NCBI RefSeq assembly: GCF_006345805.1
Contig: NC_043018.1
Coordinates: 18,042,001-18,106,000, forward strand
Reading direction: 5' to 3'
From: Octopus sinensis
Lineage: Eukaryota
Length of the DNA: 64,000 nucleotides
Shown: positions 10,750 through 24,454 of the stretch, piece by piece
How the letters are laid out: each line of letters starts with the position of its first letter
How positions within the stretch are numbered: position 1 is the stretch's first letter
Position numbers and translations under genes: made by a program
Notes under the pieces: generated by a model
The model's database searches: none
Told to the model about the DNA's origin: nothing
What the model saw: the letters and a program-made list of their open reading frames with translations, nothing else

Positions 10750-11879
10750 CTGGCAGATTCAAAGACAGACATGCTAACAATTATTTGCGTTGTGCAAATA
10801 CCGATTTTCTCCCGTTAAAAACGTATCAAAAGCAAAATTTGCGTATGACTAAATAACAAATTTTAGACCGACAGAAAAAGATTAAATCATCTTCGGTAGG
10901 GATTGGTAAATATGTTTGATCTCGGAAGAATAAAATCCCTACACAACAGCAGGGATTACTGATGTCATAATAGAGAAGAATGAAAATGAATAACTTAAGG
11001 CATTTAGTTCGGCGCTTTAACATATCTCTCACTCCAAAAGTCTTAATCATTAAAACACCAACGCGTGTTTCCTTTTAAACGTTAGAGGCGAGTTTACTTC
11101 AGATTTGACCGATATATATATGATAGATCATGCAATTACATAGAGACCATGTTGTTAAGATCAAAGTCATCGCCTTCCACCATTCCCGCAGACTTTTCAG
11201 TTAATCTAAACCGACATCAACCACCTGGAAATCTGATTCTTAACATAGACTAAATGTAGTACTTAACAAGAAATATAGTATTTTGGTTCTTACCAGAATA
11301 ACATTAACATGTCAAGACACAAGGGAAATTTTAATATCGCTGCTTGACTTGCTAGAAATAGCAGAAAATCTCAACACAGATCTTATTTATTTAAGGTAGG
11401 CGCAAAAATTTAAACTAAAATATTTTTAACGATCCCTGGAGGGATTCCTTACCGTTTGAATGCATATTGATGTGGCTGAAAGGGTTGATCTAAGTTTTAT
11501 TATAACAACTAAATCAGAATAGAAATAGAAGAAAATGATTTTGTACAGATATGAAAGGTAATGTACTGGGATAAGTGACACAACCTTGTGATAGTCATTC
11601 ACTTCCTTGCCAAATAGTCTTCTCAATTCATTTGCAGCTTTCGTCATTACATGGCCATGAACGAACGCCCTCGTTGTCCACCCTACTGGAACAGCTTGAT
11701 GTATGGCTGAGTACTCCGATGCGCAAACGGCAACCTCCGTCACATCAATCTCACTTGTAGGCCATCGCGGTGCGGTTTTTGCTGTTTATCTCTTCAGTGT
11801 ACAACAGGGTCCAAAACCGAGCAGTACGGGAAGGAGGAGAGATTGTTTCTCATGCAACGTGTCCCTTGTTCAATGTTGC

Positions 11880-12155
11880 TGATGAATTCAAAGAAAGAGC
11901 ACGGCCGCCACAAGATGGCATCTTTGGAGTCGCAGGATTTGCCAGAACAAAAGTGTAGCCAACGTTAAATTTCTTCAGGGATTCCAACCCACGACATTTC
12001 GCTATCGAAAGAAAGCATAAACCACAGGATCTGTGGAAAAATCTCGAAACATTTCCATGACTAGATATAGTCACAAGGCAGCGTAGGTTTCGCATCAAGG
12101 TTTCTCTTCCTCTAGACAGGCTGTCCCTGCCAGGCTTATGAGCTCCATCTGCTCG
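11880..12155 (+). mobile_element. Probable RTE 5'-UTR-like remnant
   Basis: caaggcagcgtaggtttcgcatcaaggtttctcttcctctagacaggctgtccctgccaggcttatgagctccatctgc resembles the conserved RTE 5' segment as I recall it; no intact ORF. Confidence 0.35.
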
Positions 12156-13306
12156 ATTGATTTGCTAATTAACCGCCATAGCAAGGACCCGGTCTGTCAA
12201 GGTGACATTCTCATAGCTTACAAATAAATATTTTGCCAAGAAAATGTAGTGAAATGGTCCCAGGGTACTATTAGGTCGAGAAATCTATTGTTCGTCTAAT
12301 CGTCTTTTGACAATTCTCGATCGATAAAACAAGCTTAGAAAAAATTTCGGAGAAGTGATTATGTTTTGTTAATTGCTTATTTCCTGTAAATATGGTTTTA
12401 CGTAAATTCACTTTCTTTGTTTTCCTTTGTGGTTTGATCTTTTCTACATCAATTCGTGTTTAATAACTTTGAAATGTTGTCTGGAAATTATCAACATGTT
12501 CGTTCCGTTAAAGTATGGAAAGTATTATCAATTCTATAAAATGACTTCAATGAAAGCGATTAAAGAATTCTCTGGAATTAAGCAGGAATATTGGCGTCTG
12601 CTGAGTTTAATAGAATTGAAATTTGAATGAGGCAAGTATCGAACATAAATTTTTGAAGAATATTGTTGAATAGATTAAAGAAGTAGTCCAGCAATTACGT
12701 TTGCTCGGTTATGACAGGCTGCTTGATTATGAGAGAAAGACTGGGAGAGATTAAAGGTGGATAATGTTTATCGAAGATGATGAATAACCTGAAGCACTTG
12801 AGCACATCTCATATCTCGTACATTTAATAACTTGCAGTTGTTAATGAAACAACATTGACGCTCTTATAGACACACTTAACCTCGTCCAACGCACAATAAA
12901 GTGGGATCTCTTTAAAACAATGTTGGGCGCCATCTGCTGACCTATCGACCCTGTCTATAAATATAGTCGGATGATTATCTGCTGTATTTTGACAGATCTC
13001 ACCTCAAGCCTGAATACTGAACATGGTGGAGATTTACAAGAACATGCAATGGAAACATTTTACGATGGAAATCAACAATGGATCAACGAGGTCGTCAAAC
13101 AATCTGCTAGAAAAAGCAGACAATTTTTCCTCAACTCACTCATTATTGTCTTTAAGAAAGGAAGGACACATTAGATACTGTAGCGCAAGAAGCACAACGA
13201 TTGAAGAAAGAGCCAACATGAACATGGCGTCCACGAATAAGGTTAGAATCTACTGCGATCGGTTCAAGTGAAGAAAGCTTTCAACCCTGGTGATATCTCA
13301 CTTATT

Positions 13307-13690
13307 GGGATGGAAGCACTCCGTCGGTTACGACGACGAGGGTTCCGGTTGATCCGAATCAACGGAACAGCCTGCTCGTGAAATTAACGTGTAAGTGGCT
13401 GAGCACTCCACAGACACGTGTACCCTTTAACGTAGTTCTCGGGGATATTCAGCGTGACACAGAGAGTGACAAGGCCGGCCCCTTGAAATACAGGTACAAC
13501 AGAAACAGGAAGTAAGAGAAGGCTGCGGTGAAAGAGTACAGCAGGGATCACCACCATCCCCTGCCGGAGCCTCGTGGAGCTTTAGGTGTTTTCGCTCAAT
13601 AAGCACTCACAACGCCCGGTCTGGGAATCGAAACTGCGATCCTATGACCGCGAGTCCGCTGCCCTAACCACTGGGCCATTGCGCCTCCAC
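13307..13690 (-). mobile_element. SINE-A, full length, 12-bp TSD
   Basis: TSD atctcacttatt at 13295-13306 and 13691-13702. Confidence 0.92.
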
Positions 13691-13972
13691 ATCTCACTTA
13701 TTATCACCAGACAAATCGTTATAACCAAATATAAAAATATATATGCATACATTATCCATATACATAAAACAAGCACACACACACACACACACGCACACAC
13801 GCGCACGCTAGCGTAACAGGAGCTCCGTCGGTCTTTTAAAATTATTTTCAAGTGAATACCATTGCAAAAATTTCCTTGTCATACATAAAAATATTTTAAA
13901 GTGAAAATGACTTTAAAAATACGGTAGATATTTCATAAAGACCCGTTCGTGCATTAAGCATATCTCAACTTC

Positions 13973-14091
13973 AAAGATTTGCCTGCTATTTCTAGCACTC
14001 CCTGCTACCCTGTAACAACTATTTGCGATAGAGGACCCGAAATAGCTGTTACGTGGTAGCAGGGTGTGCAAGAAATGGCAGCCAAATCTTT
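13973..14091. mobile_element. Palindromic MITE-like hairpin (~50-bp arms)
   Basis: atttgcctgctatttctagcactccctgctaccctgtaacaactattt pairs with aaatagctgttacgtggtagcagggtgtgcaagaaatggcagccaaat. Arm-like fragments also near 5955 and 11345. Confidence 0.65.
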
Positions 14092-14261
14092 CATTTTCTG
14101 GGGAATGGAGCCGTTGAGCAGAACAACCTGTTCATGAAATTCACTTACAAATGGCTGACCACTCCACAGACCCGCGCATCCTTAACGTAGTTCTCAAGGG
14201 GATTCAGCGTGACACAAAATGTGACGAGCCCGGTTGTTTGTCATACAGATACTTCTCATTG

Positions 14262-15045
14262 CAAGCTGGCAGAAACGTTAGCACGCCGGGCGAAATGCGT
14301 AGCCGTATTTCGTCTGCCGCTACGTTCTGAGTTCAAATTCCGCCGAGGTCGACTTTGCCTTTCATCCTTTCGGGGTCGATTAAATAAGTACCAGTTACGC
14401 CCTGGGGTCGATATAATCGACTTAATCCGTTTGTCTGTCCTTGTTTGTTCCCCTCTGTGTTTAGCCCCTTGTGGGTAGTAAAGAAATAGGTATTTCGTCT
14501 GCCGCTACGTTCTGAGTTCAAATTCCACCAAGGTCGACTTTGCCTTTCATCCTTTCGGGGTCGATTAAATAAGTACCAGTTACGCATTGGGGTCGATATA
14601 ATCGACTTAATACCTATGTCTGTCCTTATTTGTTCCCCTCTGTGTTTAGCCCCTTGTGGGTAGTAAAGAAATAGGTATTTCGTCTGCCGCTACGTTCTGA
14701 GTTCAAATTCCACCAAGGCTCTACTTTGCCTTTCATCCTTTCGGGGTCGATTAAATAAGTACCAGTTACGCACTGGGGTCGATATAATCGACTTAATCCG
14801 TTTGTCTGTCCTTGTTTGTTCCCCTCTGTGTTTAGCCCCTTGTGGGTAGTAAAGAAATAGGTATTTCGTCTGCCGCTACGTTCTGAGTTCAAATTCCACC
14901 AAGGTCGACTTTGCCTTTCATCCTTTCGGGGTCGATTAAATAAGTACCAGTTACGCACTGGGGTCGATATAATCGACTTAATCCGTTTGTCTGTCCTTGT
15001 TTGTTCCCCTCTGTGTTTAGCCCCTTGTGGGTAGTAAAAAAAAAA
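14262..15045 (+). mobile_element. SINE-C tandem array: one head and four ~185-bp bodies
   Basis: Units start at 14305, 14490, 14675 and 14861, each with gtatttcgtctgccgctacg; junction aaagaaatag|gtatttc. Confidence 0.92.
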
Positions 15046-15444
15046 GAAGATACTTCTCATTGTTCTCCAGCTGACTGGACTGGGACAACGGGAAATAAAG
15101 TGTCGCGCCACTGGGAATCGAACTCTCGGCCTTACGATCGGGAGCCAAGTAACCCTAAATACTAAGCAGCGTGCCTTCACTATAAAATCGTGTTGATAGA
15201 TTGCAATTATAACAGAGTTATTCATACAAGAACAATTGCGGTGCCAACACGACAAAGGAAAAAAACAATTGGATGAATTGGAGAATGAAAGCTATTTAAA
15301 TTAACCAAAAAAAAACCAACAAAAAAACATTCCATTTCTCATTTTTGTTTTCCGTATTGTTTTCTTTTCTGTTCTCTGTTGCCTTTTCTATAATTCGATA
15401 TGATTTATAGATAGATAATTGTACTAAGATAGGTTTACAAGCGG

Positions 15445-15610
15445 TATGTATGTATGTCTGTATGTATGTATGTATGTATGTATGTATGTATATGTATATA
15501 TGTATGTATGTATATATATATGTATATATATATATATATCTATATTTGTATATATATATGTATATATATATATATATATCTATATTTGTATATATATATG
15601 TATATATATA

Positions 15611-15643
<33 letters not shown>

Positions 15644-15702
15644 ATGTATATATATATGTATATATATATTATATATATATATATGTATATATTATGTATA
15701 TA

Positions 15703-15737
<35 letters not shown>

Positions 15738-15797
15738 ATATATATATATATGTATATAATATATATATATATATATATATGTATGTATATATATATA

Positions 15798-15833
<36 letters not shown>

Positions 15834-15850
15834 GTGTATATACATATATA
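15445..15850. repeat. Compound (TATG)n/(TA)n/(TG)n microsatellite
   Basis: Directly visible. Confidence 0.9.
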
Positions 15851-16179
15851 ATATTATTTATACGTATATCTTTTATTTTTACCGTATTTCATTGTATCGT
15901 ATTCACCATCTACCATTCTATGATTCCCTCTTAAATAGTCTTTCTTTCTCTTAACCTAATTCTATTCCCAGGTTATTTATCAATTTTTTCTCATTCGATA
16001 TTTCTTTTAACACATTTCCCCAACATTTATACACACCTTTACATAACTTTACATTCTCCCTTTTCTCTCCCTGTTTTTTTTTTTTTTCTGTCGCTAACGA
16101 TGTTGCTAATCACACACGCGCATGTCTCCCTCCGCACGTAAATATGTTTACTCATAAATACAAACATATCGGATTCTGG

Positions 16180-16690
16180 CAAAAAATAAATACACACATA
16201 TACACACACATATATACATACTTACACACACACAAAAATAAATGCATACTCATATATTTACATACATAAATACGCACATATACACACACATATATACATA
16301 CTTACACACACATATATACATACTTACACACACACAAACATAAATGCATACTCATATATTTACACACATATATACACACATATATACACACATATATACA
16401 CACATATACACACACATATATACACACATATATACATACTTACACACACACAAAAATAAATGCATACTCATATATTTACACACATATATACACACATATA
16501 TACACACATATATACACACATATATACACACATATATACACACATATATACACACATATATACACACATATATACACACATATATACATACTTACACACA
16601 CACAAACATAAATGCATACTCATATATTTACATACACATACATAGAAGACATACATAAATACATATGTACATATACATACATATATATAT
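16180..16690. repeat. Composite array of (TATACACACA)n blocks separated by the anchor aaatgcatactcatatatttac
   Basis: The anchor recurs at about 16240, 16342, 16458 and 16610. Confidence 0.85.
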
Positions 16691-16924
16691 GCATATGTAT
16701 GAAAATGTTACAATGTAGATTTTAATACAATTGTATATAAGTGCAAAGCTTTTAAACTTTTTTCTATTGCCTCTCCTTTCTCACACTCTATTGTTTTCAA
16801 CCTCTCCCTCGTTGTGTCTCTATATACACTCCTCTTCAGAAGTCTTTTCCTTTCCTCTTTCATTAATATCTCTAATTGTTCCATTTCTCTATCGCCTTAT
16901 TTATTTGCTTGATATATTTTGCAT

Positions 16925-17316
16925 GGAGGCGCAATGGCCCAGTGGTTAGGGCAGCGGACTCGCGGTCGTAGGATCGCGGTTTCGATTCCCAGACCGGGCG
17001 TTGTGAGTGTTTATTGAGCGAAAAAAATCTAAAAGCTCCACGAGACTCCGGCAGGGGATGGTGGTGATCCCTGCTGTACTCTTTCACCACAACTTTCTCT
17101 CACTCTTATTTCCTGTTTCTGTTGTAGCTGTATTTCAAAGGGCCGGCCTTGTCACTCTCTGTGTCACGCTGAATATCCCCGAGAACTACGTTAAGGGTAC
17201 ACGTGTCTGTGGAGTGCTCAGCCACTTACACGTTAATTTCACGAGCAGGCTGTTCCGTTGATTCGGATCAACCGGAACCCTCGTCGTCGTAACCGACGGA
17301 GTGCTTCCATCCATCC
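16925..17316 (+). mobile_element. SINE-A, full length, 11-bp TSD
   Basis: TSD atattttgcat at 16914-16924 and 17317-17327. Confidence 0.92.
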
Positions 17317-17386
17317 ATATTTTGCATATTCACAGAGTATTCTCAAGTGTGTGTGTGTGTATGTATCCGTGTATATGGGTGTGTAT

Positions 17387-17450
<64 letters not shown>

Positions 17451-17453
17451 TAT

Positions 17454-17696
17454 ATTAAATTAGAGATAAAACCACTATTAGGCAAATCAATAATTAATAA
17501 ACAAAATAATATATAAATATAAAAATATACACATATATATATATATATATTTGTATATATATTTAAAATTTATAAGTTTAAATTATTTTAATAATTTTTT
17601 AATTTTTAACTTTTATATTTTTTAATTAATTTTATGTATTGGCTTATGTTTTTCACTGTTTGATTTGCCTAATAGTGGTTTTATCTCTAATTTAAT
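17454..17696. repeat. 37-bp perfect inverted repeat around a ~170-bp AT-rich spacer (possibly a Penelope-type inverted end)
   Basis: attaaattagagataaaaccactattaggcaaatcaa (17454-17490) and its reverse complement (17660-17696). The PLE assignment is inference. Confidence 0.7.
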
Positions 17697-17787
17697 AATA
17701 TAATATAATATAATATTTATACTATAGAATTGGATTAATCCTAAATCTAATTTTTCCCTGTAAGTTTGGATTTATTCCCTATTATTA

Positions 17788-17830
<43 letters not shown>

Positions 17831-18042
17831 TTATTATAATTATATATAATATATATATATATATGTATGTATGTATTAAAGTTTATTTCAGAGCATCCAG
17901 TGATGAGCTGCTTTCCTTCTGCATTGTCGCCCACTTGAAGAATGACTCATAAATTGTCTAACAATCGTTCAGAACCTGTACAAAACAATTCTTTGATGCA
18001 TCAAAACTGTGGATGTGTATATAGCTTTTGTGAGAGATATAC

Positions 18043-18421
18043 GTTGACTGCGGCTTTGCTTGAGCACCGCCTTGAAGGGTTTTAACTAAACAAATCGACC
18101 CTCAGGATTTTTTAAAGCCTAGTACTTATTCTATCCCTCGCTTTTGCCGAACCGCTAAGGTTATGGCGGCATAAACATACCAACACCAGGTGCCAGCGGT
18201 GATGGTGGCGGCGAAAATATGCGCGTGCACACACTCACACACAGAAATATATACTACGGGGTTTCTTTTAGTTTCCGTTTACCAAATCAACTCACAAGGC
18301 TTTGGTCAGACCGTGGCTAAAGTAAAGAAAACACTTGCCTAATGTGCCACGGAATGAGACTGAACCTGGCACCATGTGATTGAGAAGCTAGCTTCTTACC
18401 ACGCAGCCAAGCCTGTTCCTA
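18043..18421 (-). mobile_element. SINE-B, old diverged copy
   Basis: Recognisable head, cttgcc core and gcggttcggc 3' block with many substitutions. Confidence 0.75.
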
Positions 18422-18543
18422 TATGTATGATGTATGTGTGTATATCTCGCTATATCAATGTATATGTAAGATATATATATAGTATATATATATATATATA
18501 TATGTATATGTATAGTTAGGCATAATCTATATATATTATATAA

Positions 18544-18582
<39 letters not shown>

Positions 18583-18590
18583 TATATATA

Positions 18591-18646
<56 letters not shown>

Positions 18647-18927
18647 CTATATATATATATATGTACATATATATATATATTATATATAATATATGTGTGT
18701 GCGCGGGCGTGTCTTTGTATGGATGTAAATATATATATGCATATATATATTACATGTATACATATATATATGTGTGTGTGTGTTGTGCGCGGGCGTGTCT
18801 TTGTATGGATATAAATATATATGCATATATATATTTACATATATATATATATATATATGTAAATATATATATATACATCATATATTTACATATATACAAA
18901 TACACGCCCGCGCACACACCCAAACAC

Positions 18928-18963
<36 letters not shown>

Positions 18964-19593
18964 GCACACAGTTTTAGCGAAGTATATACGTCCGTCAGAC
19001 GTATACAGATTGTAAAATTGTTTATTATAGAGAAATCTTGCTTATATATTTTTTGCTTCTGATTTATCAGATAAATTAAGATTTATTTGAAAATCTCTTT
19101 ATTTCTGTTCATAGACAGATGTGAGATAAGGGGTATGAGAGCGTACCTCTGTGCATGTGGTCTACTAATAGTGATTGAACGTGTGTGTATGGAGGACTGT
19201 GTGCGTATGTATGTATGTATGTATGTCTCTGTGTGAGTGTATGTTGCAGCTTTAATTCAATTTCTTATATATATATATATATATATTTGTATATGTATGT
19301 ATATACACATAGTAATATTTCATTTTTGGATTTTAGTTTTCCAAGATTCTTGATGTGTGTTGATACATATTATGTTGTGGATAGCCTTTAGGCCAATTAT
19401 AACACACGCACAGGTTCAATTCCACTTCTTTTACAACTTCTTAACCTTCTTTATTGTTAGTCAATAAAGTCGTGGAATCGAACCTCTGCATGTTGTGCAA
19501 TTATTGGCATAATGACTCTACGAAGACACAACATATACACATATGTATGTGTATTATATATATATATATATATATAGATAATATAATATATAT

Positions 19594-19627
<34 letters not shown>

Positions 19628-19635
19628 ATATATAA

Positions 19636-20040
19636 CAGGAGTGGCTGTGTGGTAAGTAGCTTGCTAACCAACCACATGGTTACGGCTTCAGTCCCACTGC
19701 GTGACATCTTGGGCAAGTGTCTTCTGCTATAGCCCCGGGCCGACCAAAGCCTTGTGAGTGGATTTGGTAGACAGAGACTGAAAGAACCCTGTCGTATATA
19801 TGTATGTATATATATATACGTATGTATGTGTTTGTGTGTCTGTGTTTGTACCCCTAGCATTGCTTGAAAACCGATGCTGGTGTGTTTACGTCCCCGTCAC
19901 TTAGCGGTTCGGCAAAAGAGACCGATAGAATAAGTACTGGGCTTACAAAGAATAAGTCTCGGGGTCGATTTGCTCGACTAAAGGCGGTGCTCCAGCATGG
20001 CCTCAGTCAAATGACTGAAACATGTAAAAGAGTAAAAAAG
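19636..20040 (+). mobile_element. SINE-B, near full length
   Basis: Same motifs as 5973-6403. Confidence 0.9.
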
Positions 20041-20617
20041 TATATATGTATATGTGTGTGTGCGTGTATATATGCATTTGGATGACTAACCGTTATGGAT
20101 CATCAAGGGACTGCTATATTGCCTTCTGTTAGAGAGATCTCATATTCCATTAGATATTAGTAAATACTAGATCTCTTTAACAGAATGTAATAATGTGTTC
20201 CACTGACGATCCATTGCAGTCAGGAATCCAAAATGCCCTCGGAAATCCAATGCAAAACTCCAAATATATAATCAACCGTCAAATGGGAGGTGCTTTGTAG
20301 AGTCCACTGCTTCTTTTTTTCCCCCGTCATATAACGGTAAAATACCCATTCTTTCTGCTGGTTTCATGACTATACTGCGTTCGAAATATTACTTCCATGT
20401 CTGTACGATATACATACACACACACACATGTATATAAATATACCAATGTTACGAAGGAGAACAGAAATGATCAATTTGGATATTTTCTTTTAACCGTGGT
20501 GTATTTTTTATATGAGGCTTCATCCGTCTGCCACAATGGCGAAGCTCTTAACGCTATCAGTACTAATGCGATTAGATAAATTTTAATTATTCGCATGACA
20601 CCATTACTATCACCAGC

Positions 20618-20749
<132 letters not shown>

Positions 20750-20753
20750 ATAG

Positions 20754-20785
<32 letters not shown>

Positions 20786-20789
20786 ATAA

Positions 20790-20980
20790 AGGGATAGTTT
20801 ACGAAAATAAACAAAAGACGAAGGCAGTGGTGTAACAAAACAAACAGATGTATTAGTATAGCGCCCAGGAATAGAAAAAGGTGTTTTACGTTTCGAGCCT
20901 ACGCTCTTCTACAGAAAGATACACAGAAAAAAACAAGGAGAGAAAAAAGTGTGTAGTAGCTAACGTTCTATCAATCCCCT
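20790..20980 (-). mobile_element. Penelope-like terminal fragment with hammerhead-like motif at 20884-20918
   Basis: Minus strand ctttCTGTAGAAgagcgtaggctcGAAACGTAaaa; flanked on both sides by (TA)n. Confidence 0.6.
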
Positions 20981-21000
20981 ATATATATATAATCTATATA

Positions 21001-21033
<33 letters not shown>

Positions 21034-22276
21034 ATAGATATATACATACATACATATATACATACATAACACACAACACATATATATATATATATATATA
21101 ATATCTATATATATATTATGTAAATTTATATCTGTCGGCGTCTCTTCCTTATTGTATCTATAAATGAGCAGTGTAAGATACAGAGAATCATGCAATTATT
21201 GAAAAAAGCTCCTCTTGCAGATTCGGCTATCAGCTCGTCATAGTAATCGATTACGTGGAACTAATTAATGTAAAGTGTCCATGTAACTAAAAATTCAAAA
21301 GATCCAATCAATCAGACTTTTTTCTTGGAGAGTCACCATGAGGTTCCGATGATCTGTCAAGCCAGCTTTCCTTATTTGCATTAATTTGTGAATATTCGGT
21401 TGTATAGTATAATGCTAAGCAGATTTATAAACGCAAATCTTGCGCATAACGTCTCACACACACGCGCGCGCTCACACGCACACTCACATTTAATCTGACT
21501 CTCTCACATTAAGAATTACCCAAAGGATTTCAACGGAGTGTTGAAGGCAAGACTCCTTTTTTTGGCTAGCATTACAAAGTTATTTGATGATTCTCCAACT
21601 ATGATCGACCGGTGGTGGTCATTCGCTTGTATTGTTCGAGAAAGCCCAAGCTTCTGCATCAAGGATGTAGAACTAAACGCTAACCAAGCATATTCAGACA
21701 ACGGTGGAGGCAGTAGACCGTTGGTCGATCTACTAGACATGATCGCAAATTACAACCCCCCAAAAAAAAACCCCAACAAACAAGAAAGACAGCATAAAAT
21801 TGTCATTATTTGTGCCTGTGAAATAAATAAACGCGATGCTCACGGCTGGAACATGTTTGGCAAGAAGTCTGATCGGTTATGGCTGACCTGCAAGAATACA
21901 AAAAAACCTTTAAGAGACTCAATCATTTTAATATCACGTCACTGAAGATTAGAATTTTAGGATTTCTTTCAGACATACTCCCCATTCCTGATAAATAAAA
22001 GCTCTTTATTTTATTCAAAACTCTCTATATTAACACTGGAAAGCGAAACATCGAAGAGTAAAAGGCAGAGTTTTCTTTTTCTTTTAACGCTCTGTAATGT
22101 CAATAAGACTCTCCAACTGGTAGAAGACCACCATATGAAAAGATTTGTAATAAAAACAAGAATGTCACAAATTAATATTTACTCCATTTGTCTATTATAC
22201 AAAGCTGCTGCGAGTTAGATAAGAGCAGCACAAATACAAACAGGGCTCAACGAATGCAATAAAACACACGTATATA

Positions 22277-22790
22277 TCTATATATATAAAACTGTAGTTG
22301 TGTGAGTGTCTGTCCCCTTCGATTTAGATTCCTAACTACTCCCACATTTTGCGGTGCAGTTTAACCAAATTCGGGTATCTTATAGTCGTGATTTATATCG
22401 AGCCCGTCTGGGTATTAGCGCGCGTCTACAATGTGTCTACGATTTTAAAAATAATTTAACATCATTTTTTATTCCATTTTAATGCATAATTTTTCGTGTG
22501 TCGATGGCGGCGGAGTTGGCGTCCATGGTCACACCTGCACCTGTGTTGCTTCTCCTCCTTCTTCCCTCCCTCATGAAGCTGTGGGGAAGGGAGTGTAAGG
22601 AAATCAACGTCGTAAAGCGTTGTCAAGGAGACCAGCGTTCTTTTAGAACAACGACTTCATGGCTTGAAGACACCAAAACAGAAATGGCTAAGAAAGCCCG
22701 AATTGGCATCTATAAGGGAAGTAACTCTCTAAAAATGCTTATATAGTTATTTCCCTTACAAACCCGAGCAACGCCGGGCGATACTGCTAG
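22277..22790 (+). mobile_element. Non-autonomous Helitron, copy 3
   Basis: A|TC start, hairpin and CTAG|T end; near-identical to 1237-1750 including the internal block. Confidence 0.88.
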
Positions 22791-23219
22791 TTTTATTTAT
22801 ACACTTCTTAAATGAATCACAGAACGATGATGACAGTTCGGTTGGGATCAAAAACAAAGGAAGATGGAATATATCAAAAAATAGAAAAAAAATAATGTCA
22901 GGAACAAAGAACAAAAAAAAAGGAACAGAGAATAAAGATAAGAAAACTATGAGCAGAAAGGAAAAAGAAAACTAGTTGTTTTAGAAACTCATCAGAAATT
23001 AGCTTCGGGAAACAGATTTTATTAAATGTTATATGTGTTGGGGGCCTTGGGCAGCCATTTTTGTTATCGTTGTTGTTGTTGTTGTTGTTGTGTTTGTGAT
23101 GACAGCAAACGTATTGTCATTATTGTTATTGCTTATAATGTAGATTTGCAGATTTTGTCAGCAATATTCGGAATCCTAATTTGGTATGAATCATAGAGAA
23201 ACGAAATCGAAGAGGAAAA

Positions 23220-23319
23220 NNNNNNNNNNNNNNNNNNNNNNNNNNNNNNNNNNNNNNNNNNNNNNNNNNNNNNNNNNNNNNNNNNNNNNNNNNNNNNNNN
23301 NNNNNNNNNNNNNNNNNNN
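23220..23319. other. Assembly gap (100 N)
   Basis: Run of N. Confidence 1.
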
Positions 23320-23644
23320 TTCTCTTCTTTGTATTCATTATTGCAAACTCTACTGAAGTGCGTATAGTTCCACTTTTCCAATACGTATCTTCTTCACCGT
23401 TTTTGACATAATTTAAAATTGGTTTCCTTGCTTACCGCTTTTGTATACAAGTGACATTTTAAAATGTGTTACTGGTGTCACTTCCGGTGAAATCGTTAGA
23501 GTGAACTTGTACCCAAATAGCTGTTTCGTACAAGTTTACGATAACATCGATACTCTCTTCAACGCCACCAGGAGCGCTACATCATTTGTGTGATGTGGAA
23601 AATATTCTATCAATATTGCACAAATGATGTTGGCATCAATTTTA

Positions 23645-24012
23645 GAATCCACCCAAGACTTGGCCCCCGTGCTATCCGCCTACCCGCCTACTACAAAAAT
23701 CGAACTCAGGACACATAACAACATTATGTCACAACTACATTATCTCAACCGGTCTAACTCTCTATAATACCATACCAAAATACGTCAACGGGGAAACGGA
23801 TCCCATAAAATTCATAAGTTCACTGGACAAACTTCTTCAAAAAATCTTGGACCAACATCCTACACCCGGATATGTCTTCAACAATAATAACTCTTTGCTA
23901 GAGTGGGCCAAGTGCTCTATATATGAGTAAAACACTTCACCGGGTGGTGATATTAAGTTAGACATAGCCTGGGCCTATACTAGCCTAAACTTCTCAAAGT
24001 TATATGAACAGG
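23645..24012 (+). mobile_element. CR1-group-like LINE 3' end remnant
   Basis: Translation NTIPKYVNGETDPIKFISSLDKLLQKILDQHPTPGYVFNNNNSLLEWA* resembles the F..LDKFL..IPDQP..PGY....NSL C-terminus of invertebrate non-LTR RTs. Clade uncertain. Confidence 0.55.
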
Positions 24013-24454
24013 TGTTGAAGGAGACACTAAACATACATCTATACATACATATACAAACTTGTATACATATGCACATTCATATACCGATGTATACAGTGAT
24101 ATAATAACCACTACTCATGTACGAATAAAAACATATATGCACATGTACATTAACACATTCATATTTTTATATAATGTTCTACCTTACCACAACGGGTTTA
24201 AGGTATTTCATGGTGTCACCTGGGCTCTAGTTTGGTAACTCGTTAATCTAGATCGGTGTATCTTTTGAAAAGCATTATGTGTGTGTGCGCACGTATGTGT
24301 GTGTGTGTGGGGGGTGAGAGTGTGTGAATAATGGACATAATGAGTTGTTTGAAGTCTATGTAGAAATGCTTGAAACACAAGGTATGCATTAACTGCTTAC
24401 GTGACACTAAGTCTAACGGTTATCTTATATATATATAATAGATATATCTATCAT

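Noticed and set aside
12971-13271. Plus-strand ORFs, possible exon or transposase remnant
   Set aside because: No convincing donor or recognisable motif.
14305-15045. SINE-C array as CRISPR, retrozyme or introner
   Set aside because: No spacers and no CUGANGA/GAAA core on either strand. The GT...AG unit ends are noted, but nothing indicates an exonic context.
21516-21945. Overlapping ORFs on both strands and a possible 44-nt minus exon (21845-21888)
   Set aside because: The acceptor is good, but the donor, the frame and any homology are unresolved.
23436-23600. Minus-strand exon candidate with a gtaagc donor
   Set aside because: Weak acceptors and competing frames; part of it resembles a degenerate hammerhead-type repeat (TGAAGA...GAAACagct).
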